NCBI GenBank assembly: GCA_024679065.1
Contig: JAGIQG010000019.1
Coordinates: 42,098,001 to 42,162,000, forward strand
Direction of reading: 5' to 3'
Length of the DNA: 64,000 bases
Source of the DNA: Sphyrna mokarran
Taxonomy: Eukaryota
Shown here piece after piece: positions 37,285-50,360 of the stretch; positions within the stretch are counted from its first letter, which is position 1, and every line of letters starts with the position of its first letter. The notes below the pieces were generated by a model. The model had not been told where the DNA came from. It made no database searches and saw nothing but the letters and a program-made list of their open reading frames with translations. Made by a program: the position numbers and the translations under genes.

Positions 37285-37850
37285 TAGAAACATAAATAGG
37301 AGCAGGAGTAGGCCATTCGGTTCCTTGAGCCTGCCCCGCCATTCAATAAGATCATGGCTGATCTGTAGTGGTTCTGTACCACTTTCCTGCTTTCTCCCTG
37401 TAACCCTTAATTCCCTTGTCAATCAAAAACCTATCCACTCTTGACTTGAATGTATTCAGCAAGGAAGCCTCCACCACCACATCAGGTAGAGAATTCCAAA
37501 GATTCACCACCCTCTGCGTGAAGAAACTCCTCCGCAACTCCGATCTGAACTGTGCCTTCTACTCCTGCTATCTTTGCTAAGCGGGAAGAGTCTCTCAACC
37601 TGTACCCTATTCATCCCCTTCATTATCTTATACGTCTCTATAAGATCCCCTCTCAGCCTTCCAAACTCCATAGAGTACAAACCTAGCCTATTCAGTCTCT
37701 CCTCATAATCCAATGCCCTCCTCTCTGATATCAGCCTAGTAAACCTTCTCTGCACCCCCTCCAAGACCAACATATCCTTCCTCGAATGCAGCAACCAAAA
37801 CTGCACACAGTACTCCAGCTGCGACCTCACCAGCACCCTATACAGTCCCT
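37285..37850 (-). mobile_element. CR1 LINE 3' portion
   Basis: ORFs 37504-37866 (LVRSQLEYCVQFW...LRGDLIETYKIM) and 37352-37537 (FFTQRVVNLWNSLP). Confidence 0.93.
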
Positions 37851-40271
37851 CTCTTCCTTGTAACATCCAGTAAATAAAATGGACTGTAGTCCTATATATT
37901 TACACTAATTTATTAGTTGAAATTTCTGTTGTTTCTGCTCAAAGTATGAGCTAATCTTTTTCCCCATGTGGCATATCCACAGTATAAAAAGATTGAGCTC
38001 CTTTTGAAACTGATTGCAATATTTGCTGTATCTGCTGTTTTGCTTTTGATTCTTCTGTGTGTGTAGAGAGGTATCTCGATGCGTGACTGCATGTTGTAGC
38101 TTTCCATTGATTCACTATTACTTAAACTATCTAGTTTTATGGCCATTAGCTCTTCAATACATTGGAGCTTCTTCCAGCATTTTTGCCATTAATTACTACT
38201 GTTGAACCTTGCCTCTAAATATAATGCATTAATTTGTTGGAAGTGCAGACATTCTTAAATATAAGATAGTTAGCTGAGTTTTTGCTGATTCTCATTTTTA
38301 ATTTCAGTGAAGATGTGCTGTATTTAAACTCCTGTCTGTGGGCTGGTTGCTTTGTCACAGGAAATGGCATTTTGTATCTTGTCTTTTTAGAACAACTATT
38401 GAGAACATTGTACTACTCAAAATGACGGCACCATTTTGACAAAGATTGAGGCAGACACAATGAAACTTTGAATTATGGTGCTGGTTGAATCCTAATGCAC
38501 GCAAAGCTTGTTTTAATTATAGATGTCTCATGAAATTTGCACATGTTTTGATTCTGATATATTTGCCATCTAGGTGCATTATTTGGGTTGGATTGAATTG
38601 CAGTCTTGATCTTGCTGGATGCTCTGTGGAAGAGTTTTGTAAACCCCTCAATGTTTTGTGACCTTTCTTTCATCTCTCCATCTTCCAGTGCAAAAGAATT
38701 CAGGGTAACAAATTCAGAATTAGAGTTACTTTTATGTAGGCTTGTAACTAGCCACAGTTACAGCACTAAGAACTGGAAATTGTGCATAACACTGCAGTAA
38801 ACAGGCACAAAAGGCATTATTCATGTCAATAGTGACTAACCTGAATCTGTGACAGTTAATAGCTTAAATATTGGGAATTGCATTCAATTTCAGATTTAAA
38901 AATCTGTTAGCACAATATTATCCCAGCAATAAATCTTAAATGTGTTTAATGTAATTATGCTTGATTTAGATATAAAGATATTTGAGGTTTTGCTCAAGTA
39001 TTCTGCTGCCAAACAAAATTATTTAATTTGCCACATTTGAGCTTTCATTTGGTTTGTTTGCCTGTATGAGTGTACAGTTTATACACTAAGATCATATAAG
39101 CAAATGAGTCAATTTAATTTGGGCGTTTGTGGCAGCGTCTTCTATGAACTAGTAGAATGTAAAAATCTGATGGGCGATGACTGATTTCCAGTGAGATTTG
39201 TTCTAGTTCCACGGTACTTGTAATGTCCAGAATTAATAAGAATATACTTAGTTTTAAATTCGATTGTGATTTTTGCATCCAACTTGGGTCTGGAGTACTA
39301 ACCATATCTAAGGGTTCTGTTGAATAATGGTATGAGCTATGTACAGGATGATGAGAGTTTGAGTTTAATTGCTCACCCAGGCAGCGATATCAAGGGCATT
39401 TCATGAATAGCAGGAACAAAGATATTGATTATCATTAAGACTGCATTTAACATGTAGTATTTAGTTTTGAAATGCACCCACATTGGTGACAACAGCTCAA
39501 GCACAAGGAAGGTTCTGAATTGTGACTGCACATAACTAAAATCCCTTGATGAAGTTTAAAGTTTGTCACAAGGAGGCCTAAATTTACATGCAATGAAGTA
39601 ACTGAAAATTACCTCGTAACCATCTGATCGCTGTTTGAGTAGACTGAAGAGGAATTTAGCATGGCCAATGCACTTAACCAGCATGCCTTTCGGATTGTAT
39701 GAGGAAACTGGAACACCCAGAGAAAACCATTGCAGGCAATGGAGAGAGTGTGCAATCTCCATAGTGGAAATCAAGTTGGGAATTAAACCAGGGTCCCTGG
39801 CTCTAAGGCAGCAGTGCTAACCACTGTGCTATTGAATGATAGTTAAAATGCTGGGACATGGGATAATTTAGAAGTATGAGCAAACCTCAGGAAGAGTGAT
39901 ATGGGAGGTATGGTTTCTTTTCCTCATAGCATGTGAAAAATCCCAATTTAAAGCAGTTAATGCTTTGCAAATAGAGTATTTCGTGTCTAATGGAGTTGAG
40001 TAAAAGGGGCTGATACAGATCAAGATCAGATCTTTGAAATGTGGTTTTTGAGTTTGTCACAATTGTCTGGCCAAATAAGACAGCTGTCCCATCATGTGTA
40101 ATGTGAAAGTTGACATGTGTGAATTTCTGATTTTATCCTACAGTGGAGAGGTAAGGATGAAGAAGTGGAGTAAATGCAGAATTCCTTAATGATTTCTTGT
40201 GTTTGATCTGCTTTCACTGCATCGGGAAAGTGACCAATACAAGCATTGCCACATCATTGGCAGACCTTTTG

Positions 40272-40750
40272 AGTAAGAAATCTCACAACACCAGGTTAAA
40301 GTCCAAACAGTTTATTTGATTAAACCCACAAGCTTTTGGGATTTGCCCCTTCGTCAGATGAGTGGAGAGTTCTGGTCTCAGAGCATATAACAGCGCACAG
40401 TTTACAGATTACTGATTAGAATGTGAGATTTTACAGCTAACCTGCTATTCCAGTCTTAAAGGTGTTGACAGTGCGTGGAGAGAGCATTAGGTGTATGTTA
40501 AAAAGATGTGTATTGTTTCCAGACCATACAGTACAGTGAGATTAGCTGTAAAGACTCTCATTCTAATCAGTATTCTGTAAACTGTATGCTGTCAAATGCT
40601 CTGTCTGAAACCAGAACTCTCCATTCACCTGACAAAGGAACAAACCCTGAAAGCTTGTGGGTTTATGTCAAATAAACTGGTTGGACTTTAACCTGGTGTT
40701 GTAAAACTTATTGTTTACCCCAATCCAGTGCTGGCATCTCCACATCATGG
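40272..40750. mobile_element. Inverted dimer of Penelope pseudo-LTRs
   Basis: ~40281-40440 is the imperfect reverse complement of ~40542-40705; decayed hammerhead cores at 40327-40360(-) and 40626-40659(+); agaccttttg on both flanks. Confidence 0.85.
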
Positions 40751-41004
40751 AGACCTTTTGCGACTTGTTATATTCAAGAAGTAGGTCAGTGTGTCAGTAA
40801 GTATGTGCTGAAGGAAACTTGTTAAACTCCTGTGGGTTGGTTCAGTCTTCTAAATGCATAACTTGTAAGTGAAACATGTTTCTGTCTAACGATGTATATA
40901 CTGCTGTTTGAAGTGTGCAGGTATGTATACTGTAGGCTGATAGTTAATTATTAAAAGGTAATTGTAAGTACTTCAGTGAACAGTATTCATGACACACGTA
41001 ACAG

Positions 41005-41510
41005 GGTACTATTCTGGTCATCCTGCTCTAGGGAGGATGTTGTTAAATTGGGAAGGATGCAAAAAAAAAAATTAACAAGGATGTTACCACAACTGGAAGA
41101 TTTGAGTTAAAAGGAAAAGCTGGATAGGCTGGGATTTTTTCCCTGGAGCCTAGGAGGTTGAGGGGTGACCTTATCATGACAGACATATATAAGGTGAATA
41201 GTCAAGGCCTTCCCCCAAGGTAGGGGAGTCCAAAACTAGAGGGCATATGTTTAAAGAGAGGGGAAGAGATTTAAAGGGGACCTGAGGAGCAACATTTTCA
41301 CACTGAGCATGGTGTGTATATGGGAATGAGCTGCCAGAGGTAATGGTAGAGGCAGATACAATTACAACATTCAGAAAGATATTCGGACAGGTACATGGAT
41401 CAGAAAGATTTAAAGGGCTAAATGCAAGCAAGTAGGAATTGTTCTGTTTAGGAAACTGGTCAACATGGACAGTTTGGATTAAAGGGCATATTTCCATGCT
41501 GTATATCTGT
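41005..41510 (+). mobile_element. CR1 LINE 3' portion
   Basis: ggaggttgaggggtgacctt (RLRGDL), aactagagggcat (TRGH), gggaatgagctgccagag. Confidence 0.85.
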
Positions 41511-43103
41511 CATTTTGCTCAATAGAAACTTGGTTAGTTGCACATAGTTTAACTGTCAGGAAAAAGCCAGAATTGTACATTTTTTTAAAAAAAAAGTTGC
41601 TTCAACTAATAATCATAGTTTGTGGATAGTGTCTTTGAGCTGTCGAATGCCTGTGATTCATTCCTCCATTTTAGCCACTTGCCGTGCAGCTGAAGAGTCT
41701 ATGCTTTAAAGCATCCTGATCCATGGTAACCATATTTGCAATCTTGGTCTGCTTGATGGGTCAAAATTGCTCCAATATGATACTGTACTGTCCATCCTGG
41801 AAGCTGAACTAATAACCTGCAGCTTCTATCCAGAGATACATCCCAATGGAACAGTGCCATAATGTTTTAAGTGTTGAATTGTAGATTAGAAAAACACTTT
41901 AATGGGATCTGGTAATGTTAGGTGTGATGAAAAGTAGAATTCTGCAGAAGCTGCTCCTGAATTTGCTGTCCAAGACAGGATGTGCAAAAAAATTGCCTGT
42001 AGAGAGTTGCGAGGTATTCAAATAGTGAGGGGTGTGGACAGCAGGTCGGGAAGAAACTGTTCTCGCCATGCAAAAATCAAGAAAGGGAGGCACAGATTTA
42101 AAATAATTAGCAAAAACTAGATTTTTAAAAATCTTTCATGCAGCAAATGCTTATGATCTGGAAAGTACTGGAGTGTGGTGGAGACAGGTTCAATGTATTT
42201 CAAAAGGGAATTCGATTATTTGAATGGAATCCACAGGGTTATAAGAAGTGGACAGGAAAATGGCAGATGGTGCAACGCTTGGTTGAAGAGTGGGTGGGAT
42301 TTTTAAGCCTCACTTGTTTCAAAATCTTAATCCTGCCCAAAACAGACTTTCCATAGCCTGCCCCCCCCCCCCCCCCCCGGCTCTGATTCCTGTGGTGGGC
42401 GGGACAATAAAACTCCGGCCAGTGGGTTGAATGGCTGTCTTCTGCAGTATATTCTATTACTGCAGTCTATTCAAGCCTGAAATAAGTTTAGCTGAGGATT
42501 TTGTTAGGAATTTTAATTTTGTGATTCTCCAGGAAGAATGCATTCTTCTAACATTCTAAAACATTTCCAGGATTTGTGTAGTTGATAGCTCAACTCATCA
42601 TTTGAGCTTTTGCTGGCTCAGTTTTTAAATTTGCGCTAGAAAATTTGCTTTTAATTTATTACTTTGGTTGAGACCTTGCCTTACAGGTTCCTTCTGTTTT
42701 GGTTACATTTTGGAGAAAACTCTGTCATGCATTCAAAATTGTACTTTGAACTAGATGACTTTGCTAATGTAAGGAAAGCTACTGTGGATAGTGTTAGAAT
42801 CTGATTCATGGTTTGTGGCACAATCTTTATGGCAACACATTCATTATTTGATCCAGTTTGTAGCAATATAGTCTAAACTCTAGTTTTAAGTTATCCAACT
42901 AAGCCAGTGTGCATCATTTGTATGGTGCCTTGAATGGATTTTTGAATGCAAAGTAAAATAAGTAATGGAGAGTTTTCTGTTTGTTTCCATCATGTGAATG
43001 ATGCTGCATGGGATAGTGCACAATGTTTTGTGATGCATTTTGTGACTGATCCACACCCCAAATAGCTTCATCTGAATTGAGTTATATTTTTCAACTTTTG
43101 CAG

Positions 43104-43211
43104 GAATGCATCCTTTCTGGTATAATGTCTGTGAAAGGGAGGAAGGTCTTGCACATGGATCGCAATTCTTACTATGGAGGTGAAAGTGCATCTATAACAC
43201 CCCTAGATGAT
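43104..43211 (+). CDS. GDI2: GDI2 exon 2
   Basis: ttgcag|GAA TGC...GAT GAT|gtaagt = [36 protein letters not shown]. Confidence 0.97.
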
Positions 43212-44478
43212 GTAAGTAATAAGGAAGAACTTTTCCCTTCAATCTACCAATTATATGCAGTCATGAATTGTGATTGTTTTTATCTCCTATGCTTTCAATT
43301 TACTTCATTTTGCCAAAAAAAAATGCCTGTGAGAATATTGATCTCTCCTAGTCAGAATGTTCCCTGAAGGCAAAATAACTAATGTGCCACAGACTTCATT
43401 CTGTTTAATATCATACCTTCAACTTGGTGGATTAGGTGTTGTGAGCTCAGTTCAACAATATCCAACATTTCACCATTCGTGAAATATGGCATACCTGGCC
43501 TGTGTTTAATTTTAAAAGCAAAATGCTATGTATGTTGGAATCTGCATCCCTTTTCTACTCTTGTTCCATGTTTAATTTTCCCTGCTGGTTTAGCTTTGTT
43601 AGAGTAATTGTCTGACCAAGTAGATTGTAGGTTAGACCCCTGCCCCATTGCACATCAGGCCATCATCTAGACTTAGCTGACGTTTTGTTATAGCTCTGAG
43701 GAAATTATTGGAAATGCAATTTCAGGCATAAAACTGTAATATTGTATGCTATTTTAGTAGTTTGTGACCATTGACCAAGTTACCACCAGCACTTCATCCT
43801 GAGCCAGCCAGCAACACCAACAGCAGTTTGACTTGTTTTATATCTGACTGCTTGTGGGGCATTTTGTACAAAATTTCCTCTTTGCCAATGGAAAGCATTT
43901 CACTTCAGTGAAAAGTGCCATGAATGGAAGTAATTTTCAACAGCAGTGCTTCAGATGGCAATTGTGACCCATCTCTTTACCTTTGAACCTGTTGTGTATG
44001 GATCCACTTGTATCTGGAATTTAGTGGTGCATAGATTGTCTAATCATGATGTTGACTTGAGCTGTCACTCTAACATTTCTCCTTTTTTTTGTCCTTGTTT
44101 TTAGCAGCAAAATGGAGTGTATTCTTGCTAATCAATTTTTCATTCACCAAATTAAGACTTTTATTCAGTACTGACAGTTTTTCACTTCGTGGGGAGTATT
44201 TGGCCAAATTAAAATTAATGCAGCTGAAATCTAGTGTTTGAGAAATTTTAACCAGATATTAGTTTTATCCACTGCTTTTTGTAGCATTCCAGAGTTGGTC
44301 TCCAGAAAGAGATTAATTTTAAGATTTTATCCTCAGCAAAAAGAATGATGATTCCATGGACTGTCTAAGCAAAAGCTGGTTTAAATTTGTCCTAATTTTG
44401 GTGCGTCAGATTTTCTTAAGAAAACAATGCCATACATTTCTCATTTACATTATTCTAAATTCATGCCGTTTTCTTCAG

Positions 44479-44578
44479 CTGTACAAAAGGTTTAATCTCC
44501 CCGGCTCACCACCAGAGTCCATGGGCAGGGGCAGAGACTGGAACGTGGATCTGATTCCAAAGTTTCTAATGGCAAATG
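44479..44578 (+). CDS. GDI2: GDI2 exon 3
   Basis: cttcag|CTG TAC...AAT G|gtaagg = [33 protein letters not shown]. Confidence 0.97.
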
Positions 44579-45309
44579 GTAAGGAATTTTGAAATGCTTT
44601 GTGTAACCTATGGAACAAACTAAAAGAGCAAATGTTTTGTGATAGTCCATGACATTAAATATTTGAACCTCTTTAGTAACTTGCAAGCACATTTTCTTTT
44701 GAAAAGGCATTGTTCTCTAAAACATTCTTTCAGTGAGGCACTTATCTGGTTCCCCATGCCCCTGCAACCATAATAATGGGGGACTTGGGGAAGTCACCTC
44801 TGAATCCTTTGGGACAGAGCACACATTTGCCTGTTTCTCTCTACCACCATCTCAGCCCCACATTTGTGTGTGGTTTGTTGCTCTTGTGCTCCCTATATCT
44901 TCAGACCTTTCCTAAAAAACAGTGAGTTTTGTCTTAATTGTAGTATGCTTTGTTACTCTGTCATGGTAGATATACAGGGTTAATATTGCTGTATGTTGCA
45001 ATGTGAAGGCTGACGTGTAATTAAAGGAAAGATTTAAATGCACAGTAGAAAAAGCAGAGTTTGGTGAATATACATCAGCCTTGATTTAAACCTGTCATTT
45101 GAGAGATCAGCCACCAGCTGCGCTCGGATCATGTGAAGCAAAATATAAAGTTTTTTTTGTACTTATTTCTCTCCTCTATCCCCAACAATTTTTGTTCTCA
45201 GTCGCCCTCCCTCCCCCTGCTCTTTCTACCTTGATGCCTGCAGCTCTACACTAATTATTTCATTTAAACTATGTTTTGGTGCATATTCTAAAAAGCATAA
45301 TTTTTGCAG

Positions 45310-45444
45310 GTCAACTTGTGAAGATGCTACTGTATACCGAAGTCACCCGGTACCTTGACTTTAAAGTCATTGAAGGCAGCTATGTTTACAAAAAAGGCAA
45401 AATCTACAAGGTTCCATCTACTGAAAAGGAAGCTTTGGCATCCA
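45310..45444 (+). CDS. GDI2: GDI2 exon 4
   Basis: ttgcag|GT CAA CTT...TCC A|gtgagt = (G)[44 protein letters not shown]. Confidence 0.97.
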
Positions 45445-46522
45445 GTGAGTAGGAAATAAAATAGTAAAAATATGGTGGTTAAGAAATTTTTTACATGTTT
45501 ATTACAATTTATGCATTGCATTTTCTCTTCTACTATTGTGCCTATCTCAAAAAGTCTAATTGAAATTTCTAGTGGTTACTCTTGCAGGAAAATACTTGGA
45601 CAGTAAATCTTCCAATGCCTTTTTGAGAATTGCTTTAAGACAGAAAATTTAATTCTATTCTGAATTGGAGTTATTTTCGTTTAGGGCAACAGGCATGTGT
45701 AGGATGCTGGTTTTGGATTTTAGTACCAATGAGGTTCAACACTCCAGCAGGTCCTGTAGAGGTTTGCCTCTAAGACCTGGAAACTATACTATTTCATCTG
45801 AGACTTGGGCAAGCTGCCATTTCTAACATGTTTAGTTTTGCTATCAAAATCACCTGAATGGATTTTCTTTTCCCACTTTCTGAACTAGTTTTCCTCTTAG
45901 TATTTGAAAATACACACTCCCTTCTAGAAGGGGAGGGTACAGAAGAGGAATCTTTCATATCATGTACTTGTATTTTTGCATGTCAAGAAATAACAACATT
46001 TCTGGACAGAATCAGCAACAAGTTAAATCATTCATTGATCAGCATCTTCACAATGGAGTAAACCTTTAATTAACAAATGATTTGTCAAACCAGAAACCAA
46101 CCAATCTGAACTCTGCCACATTTGTCAGCTAACAGAAAATTCTCATTTTTAATTAGTCAATTTTAATTTTTAATTATGCCATTTTTCTATCTTATGGGTG
46201 GGTTTGTATTGGTAGGTTTCTGGACTATTTCATGAAACATGACTAGTTTCAGATCTGTTGCTGGTTTAGTGAGAGTAGCTCCGGCTCATGAGTTGGGCAT
46301 CTCATAAACCTATAGATTTGTCTTTAGTGCTTCTCCTGCCATTGGTATTAAAGAAAAGTAAACTGATTAGAAGGCTTCTGTGGTTTATGGGAGCATTGTA
46401 AAATGAAAGACAAAATATTTCCTGTAATAGATGGGATTAAGATGGTTTCAACTGTAATTCTTTACAAGAGAAAAATCAAGAATCTATGGGCTAACCACAA
46501 ATTGATTTTGGATTTTTCTTAG

Positions 46523-46721
46523 ACTTGTTGGGTTTTATGGAAAAAAATCGATATAGAAAGCTTTTACAACGTGTTTCACTTTATGATGAAAATGATCCCA
46601 CGACTTGGGATGGCATTGACCCCAAGAACACCACAATGAAGAGTGTATATGAAAAATATGGCTTGGGGAAAGATGTCATTGACTTTACAGGCCATGCTCT
46701 AGCCTTGTACAGGACTGACGA
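46523..46721 (+). CDS. GDI2: GDI2 exon 5 (divergent, domain II)
   Basis: ttcttag|AC TTG TTG...GAC GA|gtgagt = (N)[65 protein letters not shown]; 199 bp, open frame, phases fit. Confidence 0.95.
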
Positions 46722-47108
46722 GTGAGTATTTCTGTTGCAGTAATGTTTTTTATCCAGTATAAGCATTTTATGTGCATGAATATCATATGAAGTTTTTGCC
46801 CCTCTGATCATCCTTTAATTGCATTTTCATTATACTAGTATTAGTGGAGCACGCTTCCAGCGTGGTGACATAGGGATTAGTGTTGCTGCTTCACAGTGGC
46901 AGGGATGAGAGTTTGATTCTTGGATTGGATCACTGTGCTGAGTCTGCACATTCACCCCATGTCCACATGGGTTTCCTCCTACAATCTGAAAGACTTGCTG
47001 GTTAGGTGCATTTGGCCATGCTAAATCCTCCAATGTGCCTGAACAGTGTGGATTTTCACTAATTTCATTGCAGTGTTAATGTAGCCTGCTTGTGACTAAG
47101 TGTTTTTT

Positions 47109-47601
47109 ACAAAGAACAACACAGCACGGGAAACAGGCCCTTCGGCCCAACGAGCCTGTGCCGCCATCCTAACGTCTTAATGACACAGAGACCAACATAG
47201 GGACAATTTGTTACCCAATCAGCCTAAGAGCACATTTTTGGGATGTGGGAGGAAACCAGAGCACCCGGAGAAAACCCACGCAACCACGGGGAGAACGCGC
47301 AAACTCCTGCAGACACAGGCCCAAATCCATGTGTCTGCACAGCAACAGCGATAGTCTGAGCTGTCATGTTGCCCATCTGATGGTCCAGTTTAAGCATACA
47401 CTAACGACATGAAGCTCTAGGCCACTCCTGAAGTAACATCCAGGAGTAGCCCTCGCACGACCTGCCGAATGCATGCACCTTGTTGGTCAACAAGGTGGAC
47501 CGGATTAAAGTATTTAAACAGTCCTGCTATATCCCTCTATCTGCAGACCGCTCATGTGGCTGTCCAAGAGACCCTTAAACAACCCTAGCGTGCCTGCTCC
47601 C
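47109..47601 (-). mobile_element. Composite element copy 3, extended 5' by CR1-ORF2-end-like sequence
   Basis: Same body and head. 47498-47601 reads on minus gcaggcacgctagggttgtttaagggtctcttggacagccacatg...atagagggatat (AGTLGLFKGLLDSHM...IEGY). Confidence 0.8.
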
Positions 47602-47824
47602 TTTCCTTTGATTCCTGTAGTATTTATATCTGTTAAATTAATATGTGGCTAATTTTTGTTTTGGTTTATTAATTTTCTGTCCTGAATATTCAGCAATATA
47701 TATTTATGCCATTAGTGTTGTCCAACACTCTTCCTCCTTCCAATTTATTTTCTTTATTCTCTCATTCATAACACCAAAAAGGACTAATTCAAATATACTT
47801 GGCTCTTGTTCTTAAATTTCACGA

Positions 47825-48155
47825 TGGCACGATAGCACAGTGCTTAACACTGCTGCTTCAGGAATCTCAGTTAGACTCCTGGCTTGGATTGCTGTCTGTG
47901 TGGAGTTTGCACATTCTTCTTGTGTCTGCATGGGGTTCTGTCCATGTACTCCTGTTACCTTCCATAGTCCAAAGATGTGCGGGTTAGGTTGATTGGCTAT
48001 GCTAAAATTGCCCCTCAATGTCTTGATGTGTAGGTTAGAGGGATTAGTGGGTAAAATGGAGGTATGTGGGTGTAGGGTCTCGGTGGGATTGTGTTCTGTG
48101 CAGACTTGATGGACCAAAGGTCCCTTTTCTGCTCTGTAGGGTTCTATGATTCTGA
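47825..48155 (+). mobile_element. HE1/V-SINE-like SINE
   Basis: ggcacgatagcacagtg head, core, ttctatgattctg tail. Confidence 0.85.
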
Positions 48156-48610
48156 TTCAAATGGTCACCACCTCCCAAGGATGACAGCCACCTCCAGTTG
48201 GTTGTTTCTTGTGGCAGGTATGAAGCATTTGTTCATTGCATTTACCAAATCTGATTCCTGGCTACTTGGGGCATATGAAAACAGAAGAAAACCTTTTCAG
48301 TGGCTTCAAACAACAGTCTGATCTGTTGGTCTGTAGTATAAATGAATTTGTGCCCTCATTTAAATGTTGTCTGTGAACAGAGTATTTCAGTATGTAGCTC
48401 TGATCTTCCTATGGAGTCAACATGCATCTGGGTTGGGAATACTATGAATAGGTTTACCTTTCCCTATGCCTCAGGAGAATTAGTTAGCCTCTGCTTCATT
48501 TTTACATGACTGCAACTGTGAACTTCCTGGTGTAGTGAATGTCAGGACTGGCTACAGTATGAATCTTGTCTGTAAGTGCTCTAGTTTCTTCAGAAAAATG
48601 AAAATAGTAA

Positions 48611-48772
<162 letters not shown>

Positions 48773-50260
48773 TGAGGATTTATTATAAATGGGCAAATGT
48801 TCCATTAAGACAAATGGACTATTAATGGGTTTAGCAAGGAAGTAAACATATTGTAGAATATGCGAGGTGAGTTCTAGCATTTTATTCTTGTAACTCTAAA
48901 GTTAGAAAACATGCACAGATCAGATCTGTATTTGCGAACTAGTGAAGTACAGATACAGTATAACTTTATAACTTTAAAACTAACTAATAGTAACCATGCT
49001 CTTTCAGGCTAACTCAGACCCTGAGTGTACGGGTTGTTCTGAGACCTTTTCCGTTATCACTCATTTTGCCCATTAGGAAGTTTATACCCAACCAGATGTG
49101 ATTCCAGTTGTCCCCGTCTTTTGTGAAAATATTTGACCTCTACTTGCCTAGGTTGAAATCAGTAACTTAAGTCTCTGCCCACATTATTCATCCACACTAT
49201 AATCCCATTAGGAGCTTAATCCCATTTGAAATTTTTATTTGGATGCATTTTAGATGGCTAAATCTTAATTTGCTGAAATTTACCAAGATTATAGATGTTC
49301 TGGTACTGTGTTCCACAATCATTGAAGCAAATGTATAAAAATATTGTCTGTGTAAATGAGAATCTTTTTTTAAAACTTTTTGTCTCAGCAGCAAGTTTCA
49401 AACTGGACATGTGCAACTAGCACCTTTATTTAAAACTGAATCTATTAATTGCTTAAAAATCTGTAGTACTTTTTGATGATTTGAAACTCAATGATCCCAG
49501 TAAATCTTATTTTGAGCACTTCCAAATGCAGATGCCACAGGTGTTAATGTTTCTGCCTGGACTGTCACTGAGTAATACTACTCCGTGTTCATAAGATTGG
49601 GGAAAGATTTTCTTTAACCTGTGCAGTCACAGTCATCAAATGAAATAGTCTGGAACATTCAGAACTGAAAGCTTGCTGGGCTGGCTATACTCAGCTGGTA
49701 TAACAGCTACTCTTGACTTATCATTTGAACACAAGTATAGAATGTTAAGAGGTTTTTAGTTTTGCTTTTTAAATATGGAAATCGTTGTGTATTTTGCATG
49801 CATTCTGTTTGACAGTACCAATGAAATCTTGGTGTTAAGACATCTGGAATTGCAGACATTGCAATCGTGATTACAGATGTCTGTATGCAGTCATGGATTT
49901 CAAATATCTCAATAGTCAATGGCTTCTAGATCTGAGTTATAAACCTAATTATTCACCATGTGAATGCAGGGAAAACATTTCTTTGAGTAGTTTAGTTTTT
50001 TCAAGGTGATCTAAAAACAAAACGCTGGACGTGGTTTGATTGGTGGAGTATTTTCTGAAATTGAGGGTATTAAACATGGTTTGTATATTACAGATGTGTT
50101 TGGACATTTTGGATACTTCTGGATTCAATGTATTTTGGTGTCCTTTGACCCAATTCTTGAATAAATTGGGGGAAAAAGTTACAGCTACAAATGATACTGT
50201 GCTGATGTAGCTATCAATAAGCAATTAACAAACTGGCTTAACACAGGTTTCCTTTTTCAG

Positions 50261-50360
50261 GTTAAGTGCTATTTATGGTGGGACCTATATGTTAAACAAG
50301 CCTATTGAAGAAATAATAATGGAAAATGGAAAAGTGGTTGGAGTCAAGTCTGAGGGAGAG
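50261..50360 (+). CDS. GDI2: GDI2 exon 7
   Basis: ttttcag|G TTA AGT...GGA GAG|gtgaga = [33 protein letters not shown]. Confidence 0.97.

Noticed and set aside
42361-42378. 18-nt poly-C run
   Set aside because: Homopolymer inside a MITE-like remnant (about 42292-42420); length unreliable and unremarkable.
48255-48300. SWLLGAYENRRKPF, faintly like the start of GDI exon 5 (possible second or relic exon)
   Set aside because: No adjacent AG acceptor in the right phase, a stop follows shortly, and there is no DP..T or GHALALY continuation; most likely chance.
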